Assembly: GCA_018985225.1 (NCBI GenBank)
Contig: JADGIF010000323.1
Span: forward strand, 1-10,950
From: Amoeboradix gromovi X-113
Taxonomy: Eukaryota; Fungi; Sanchytriomycota
DNA: 10,950 nt
Direction of reading: 5' to 3'
The notes under the pieces were generated by a model. It did not search any database. It worked only from the letters and a program-made list of their open reading frames with translations, and had not been told where the DNA came from. Of the stretch, positions 7,453 through 10,950 are shown piece by piece (position 1 is the first letter of the stretch; each line of letters begins with the position of its first letter). Both the position numbers and the translations under genes were made by a program.

Positions 7453-7682
7453 GGAACTGTAGAGAAACACAGTACAGAAACATTTATGTGCACAAAATAT
7501 CATCTAAAAGTATATTATATGGCAAAAAGGAACAAATAATTAAAATATATTCATAGTTATGCAATCCCATCTCAGCGCTATAGATAGTATGAACAACTAC
7601 CGTAGTGGAGTCACTAGCTTTTTCAGTTTCTTTCTAGAAATTCTTGATTTTTAGGAAACCGAGTCTTCATGAGGAGTCGTCC
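7453..7682 (+). pseudogene. Second, more decayed Fanzor2 relic (copy B) with right end
   Basis: Translation from 7453: GTVEKHSTETFMCTKYHLKVY--YMAKRNK*LKYIHSYAIPSQ aligns with copy A GTLKKTNSETYTSTNCNLEIDGDHMAARNIYIKYLHPYLIPPQ. In-frame TAA at 7537-7539 and the RuvC-III Asp region is deleted. Nucleotide similarity continues through AATCCC..CTCAG, AGTTTCT..GAAATTCT.GATTTT..GGAAA and GAGGAG (7671-7676). Confidence 0.8.
7563..7682 (+). ncRNA. Putative omegaRNA scaffold, copy B
   Basis: Collinear with 3407-3286 (-), 120 vs 122 nt. GU-AUGA-AC (7587-7594) replaces GC-GUGA-GC, UAG/CUA replaces UGA/UCA, and a terminal CUUG/CGAG hairpin is present. Confidence 0.55.
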
Positions 7683-7791
7683 GCTGATTATCGCGCATGC
7701 AGAAGTGTTCAGACTCTTATAATGGCAAAAAAAATTCTTATTAGTGCGTTGACAAGTAAGTTGGATATTTCACCATTCAGTTGGCTCAGAC

Positions 7792-8607
7792 ATGGAGGAA
7801 AAAGCATTAGTTGACAGTATCATAAGTATAGCTGCTAAAACGACCAATAAATGCCCATTCTGCTCTAGGTCTCATGATAGAGAATGTAAGAAGCATCGAG
7901 ATTTTATCGCGAACTCAGAACTCTATTCGAGGTCTTTAAAATTACAAAAGGTGCCATGCTCGTCCGAAATTCCAGTTAACTGTCCAAAGTCAGTTCCATT
8001 CATTCAAACTATTAATGAAAACTATTTCAAAGCACCAAGAACATCTCACAGGTCTCAATCTTCTATTAGTAAAACCTCTAGTGTTGCTGGTATATTGTAT
8101 GAACCAAAGGAACTTAATACCAATCTAAATTACATCAAAAACAAAAAAAGAATTGAAGATCTAATGTTTCCAAGTGACAGTAACTCATCTGTTGAAGAGC
8201 GTCGGGCTACCTTAGAATCTACTTTTGTAGATAGAACCCCAACGGAGAACAAAAGTACTAAACAACTTGAAGCTGAATCACCAGATGCAAGGGCTCCTGT
8301 ATTCATACCACCCGTATATGATTTATCAACTCTCAAACTAGATGACGATTTGTCATGGTTTATTCTCAATCACGCCAATGAAGTACTTGGAAATGATGAG
8401 CAGCATCTTTTTGAGGGCCATTCTTTGCTAGCATTGTCTGAGATACTGAAAGGGTTGCAGCAATGCGAATTTAGCGTCAAGGAAGCTGCGGTTCATTTAG
8501 AGTCAAAATCCTTCAATTTTTCTGAAAAAAGCTTATCCGAGTCAATTTCCTCCTCAATCCCGCTGTTGTCAATAAAATATAGCGATTTGATTAGGAATAA
8601 AAAATAA
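7792..8607 (+). CDS. Hypothetical protein (271 aa); N-terminal Cys/His cluster, possible ELM2-like C-terminal region
   Basis: Uninterrupted ATG-TAA ORF filling the space up to TRP5. CPFC-x3-H-x3-C-x2-H near the N-terminus and a Ser-rich middle. Function not recognised. Confidence 0.7.
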   Translation: MEEKALVDSIISIAAKTTNKCPFCSRSHDRECKKHRDFIANSELYSRSLKLQKVPCSSEIPVNCPKSVPFIQTINENYFKAPRTSHRSQSSISKTSSVAGILYEPKELNTNLNYIKNKKRIEDLMFPSDSNSSVEERRATLESTFVDRTPTENKSTKQLEAESPDARAPVFIPPVYDLSTLKLDDDLSWFILNHANEVLGNDEQHLFEGHSLLALSEILKGLQQCEFSVKEAAVHLESKSFNFSEKSLSESISSSIPLLSIKYSDLIRNKK

Positions 8608-8614
8608 AATGATT

Positions 8615-10609
8615 TTATTGTTGCTTCTGTAGCTTCATTACTGTCCCTACATCTTTGTCGCCTCTTCCCGATAAGCATATCACCAAATGATCATTTTTGT
8701 TCATTGTTTTTGCAATTTCAATAGCGGAATAAACTGCATGGCTAGTTTCTAGTGCTGGTATGATACCTTCCAATCTGGACAATAAATGAAATCCCTTTAA
8801 GCATTCTTCATCAGTTGCCGACAAATAGATTACTCTCCCAGAATCCTTTAAATGTGCATGTTCTGGACCAACTCCTGGATAATCTAATCCAGCAGAAATT
8901 GAATGTGTCTCAATAATTTGGCCATCAAAGTCTTGCATCAAGTATGTCTTAGTGCCATGTAACACGCCAGGTTTACCACAACTTAAGGGTGCAGAATGTT
9001 TGCCTCCTTCTAGTCCGCTTCCTGCTGCTTCTATGCCGTAGAGATTTACACTATTTATGGGCAAAAACGGTGCAAACATTCCGATACTATTTGATCCTCC
9101 TCCTACACAAGCCACTATTGCGTTTGGTAATACTCCTACTTCTTCATTGAGCTGCTGTCTAGTCTCTTTGCCAATAACACTCTGGAATTCTTTAACAATT
9201 TCTGGAAATGGGTGTGGTCCAATAGCGCTACCAACTAGATAATGAGTGTCTTCCACGTTAGTTACCCAGTCCCTCATTGCCTCATTGATAGCGTCTTTGA
9301 GAGTTCTTGAACCGCTAGTGACAGGAATAACTGTTGCTCCCAAAGTTCTCATTCTAAACACATTTAATTCCTGACGAATAGTATCTTCCTGGCCCATGTA
9401 AACAATACATTTTAGCCCTAATTTTGCACAAACAGTAGCTGTAGCTACTCCATGCTGCCCTGCACCAGTTTCTGCGATGATACGCGTTTTACCGAGTCGA
9501 ATAGCCAGTAATGCTTGTCCGATTGCATTGTTAATCTTGTGGGACCCTGTGTGAGTTAAATCTTCGCGCTTTAACCATATATTAGCACCTTTAGCATACT
9601 CAGTCAATCTTGATGCCTTGTACAAAGGGGTGGGTCTACCAATATAAGAATATAAAGATTTAAAATCTGTCCAAAAAGACTTGTCATTTCTAATGTCATT
9701 AAATTCAGCAGCTAGCTCGTTTAAACAATAATGCAATACTTCAGGAATATACGCTCCACCGTAATCACCATATCTTCCAGATTCCAAACTAAAATCTGTT
9801 TTTAACTCTGATTTGACTGATAACTCCAATTTTCGTGGCACCTTGCACTCTGATATCGATTTGCAGTAGTTAGATATGGAAACCACAGGATCTCTAGAGT
9901 CTCTGATCAAGCTAATAATCTCACTGCCAATGACAACTCCTTCTGAATACTTGCTAATGGTTTTAAATTGCTCTCCCGTCTTGACACCAAATCCCACAGC
10001 TATTGGAGCCGATGAGTATTTACGAATGTTCTCGAGATAAGATTTCAAGTTTGCCTCATCAATTTGTGTCTCTGATCCTGTTACGCCCAGCCTGCTAATC
10101 ACATAACTAAAAGTGGTGGCTGAGTTTAAAAGTTTTTTCATTCTCTCGCCGGGAGTGGATGGCGAAATAAACGGGATAAAAGTCAGATTGTGTTCATTGC
10201 AAGATTTAACAAACTGAACGTCGTCAAATGGTAAATCAACAATGAGAAATCCATTCATTTTTACTTTGTTTAATTCCTCACAGATTTTATTAATGCCTTG
10301 TTGCAGTACTACATTGTAGTACGTCATCATTAAAATTGGAATATCAGAATGTTTTCTAATTTCACGAACTATATCAAAATATTTTTGCATGGTTAATCCG
10401 TTCTGAAGAGATACCTTATTTGCATATTGAATTATAGGTCCGTCTGCTAAAGGATCAGAAAATGGGAAACCCAATTCAACAACGTCAACACCGTTCTTTT
10501 CCATAGCTAAGACGATTTCCACAGTTTTAGAAATTGACGGAAAACCTGCTGTCAAAAAGGCAATAAACACTGGATTATCCGACTGAAAAACTCTTTTTAA
10601 TGTTTCCAT
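8615..10609 (-). CDS. TRP5: Tryptophan synthase, fused alpha-beta (fungal type), 664 aa
   Basis: Alpha domain: [37 protein letters not shown]. Beta domain: [23 protein letters not shown] (PLP lysine), [56 protein letters not shown]. Confidence 0.98.
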   Translation of the reverse strand: METLKRVFQSDNPVFIAFLTAGFPSISKTVEIVLAMEKNGVDVVELGFPFSDPLADGPIIQYANKVSLQNGLTMQKYFDIVREIRKHSDIPILMMTYYNVVLQQGINKICEELNKVKMNGFLIVDLPFDDVQFVKSCNEHNLTFIPFISPSTPGERMKKLLNSATTFSYVISRLGVTGSETQIDEANLKSYLENIRKYSSAPIAVGFGVKTGEQFKTISKYSEGVVIGSEIISLIRDSRDPVVSISNYCKSISECKVPRKLELSVKSELKTDFSLESGRYGDYGGAYIPEVLHYCLNELAAEFNDIRNDKSFWTDFKSLYSYIGRPTPLYKASRLTEYAKGANIWLKREDLTHTGSHKINNAIGQALLAIRLGKTRIIAETGAGQHGVATATVCAKLGLKCIVYMGQEDTIRQELNVFRMRTLGATVIPVTSGSRTLKDAINEAMRDWVTNVEDTHYLVGSAIGPHPFPEIVKEFQSVIGKETRQQLNEEVGVLPNAIVACVGGGSNSIGMFAPFLPINSVNLYGIEAAGSGLEGGKHSAPLSCGKPGVLHGTKTYLMQDFDGQIIETHSISAGLDYPGVGPEHAHLKDSGRVIYLSATDEECLKGFHLLSRLEGIIPALETSHAVYSAIEIAKTMNKNDHLVICLSGRGDKDVGTVMKLQKQQ

Positions 10610-10950
10610 AAGTTACAAGGGTCATCGTCTAAATTGAATAAAAAGTTCAATAAAATCACATTGACCATTCGATTGCAAATCCTGTCTACCAGATCTTATG
10701 CTGATTTGCTCTCCGCTCACCTTTGCCTTGTTTTGACTCTTGATATCTGAAAAAATGCCTTAGTTTTTTTGAAGTGAGTTTAGATTATGCGTCTTTATGC
10801 TAAGTTCTCTCTTCTAGTACCTCGATCTGGATAAAAATCTCCTGCAATTTATCAGAAATCACTTTTGGATCACTCGCTTTTATCTTGCCCAACAAGGATG
10901 CGTTTCAAACTTGTCTTACCGTTGGCGTGAAAGTGAAAAAGACAAAAAAT

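Noticed and set aside
4934-9242. Short ORFs 4934-5266, 5175-5366, 5647-5916, 8130-8369, 8493-8678, 9057-9242
   Set aside because: Shadows of longer genes. The repetitive peptide of 4934-5266 just mirrors the tandem repeat.
10734-10739. TGACTC (Gcn4/CpcA-like core) ~125 bp upstream of TRP5
   Set aside because: Biologically plausible, but a single imperfect hexamer that also occurs inside coding regions here; not supportable.
10610-10950. Possible gene remnant or fourth element end upstream of TRP5 (ATTGAA/TTCAAT hairpin; GATGACC shared with the copy A end)
   Set aside because: The frames I read are interrupted and show no recognisable motif. The match to copy A is only 7 nt with no upstream scaffold similarity.

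Overview
AT-rich, gene-dense eukaryotic DNA with no evident introns, standard genetic code, most likely fungal (single-chain TrpA-TrpB tryptophan synthase plus 60S P0). Host genes: an ankyrin-repeat protein (423-2186,+), ribosomal protein P0 (2232-3173,-), a VIT+vWA (VWA5A-like) protein with an internal coding minisatellite (4422-7181,-), a hypothetical protein (7792-8607,+) and TRP5 (8615-10609,-). The spacers carry TnpB/Fanzor (RNA-guided RuvC nuclease) material. (1) The 3' end of a divergent Fanzor1-like ORF at the window start, followed by two hairpins. (2) A frameshifted Fanzor2-type relic at ~3286-3720 (-). (3) A second, more decayed relative at ~7453-7682 (+) that is absent from the ORF track. 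Aligning the two relics by eye shows a shared ~120-nt 3' segment with compensatory base-pair changes and a candidate pseudoknot, i.e. a putative omegaRNA scaffold, and suggests the element right end and guides. Both relics end ~110 nt upstream of a same-strand host start codon. A probable decayed protein kinase pseudogene lies at ~3980-4212 (-). All assignments come from manual reading; no searches were run.
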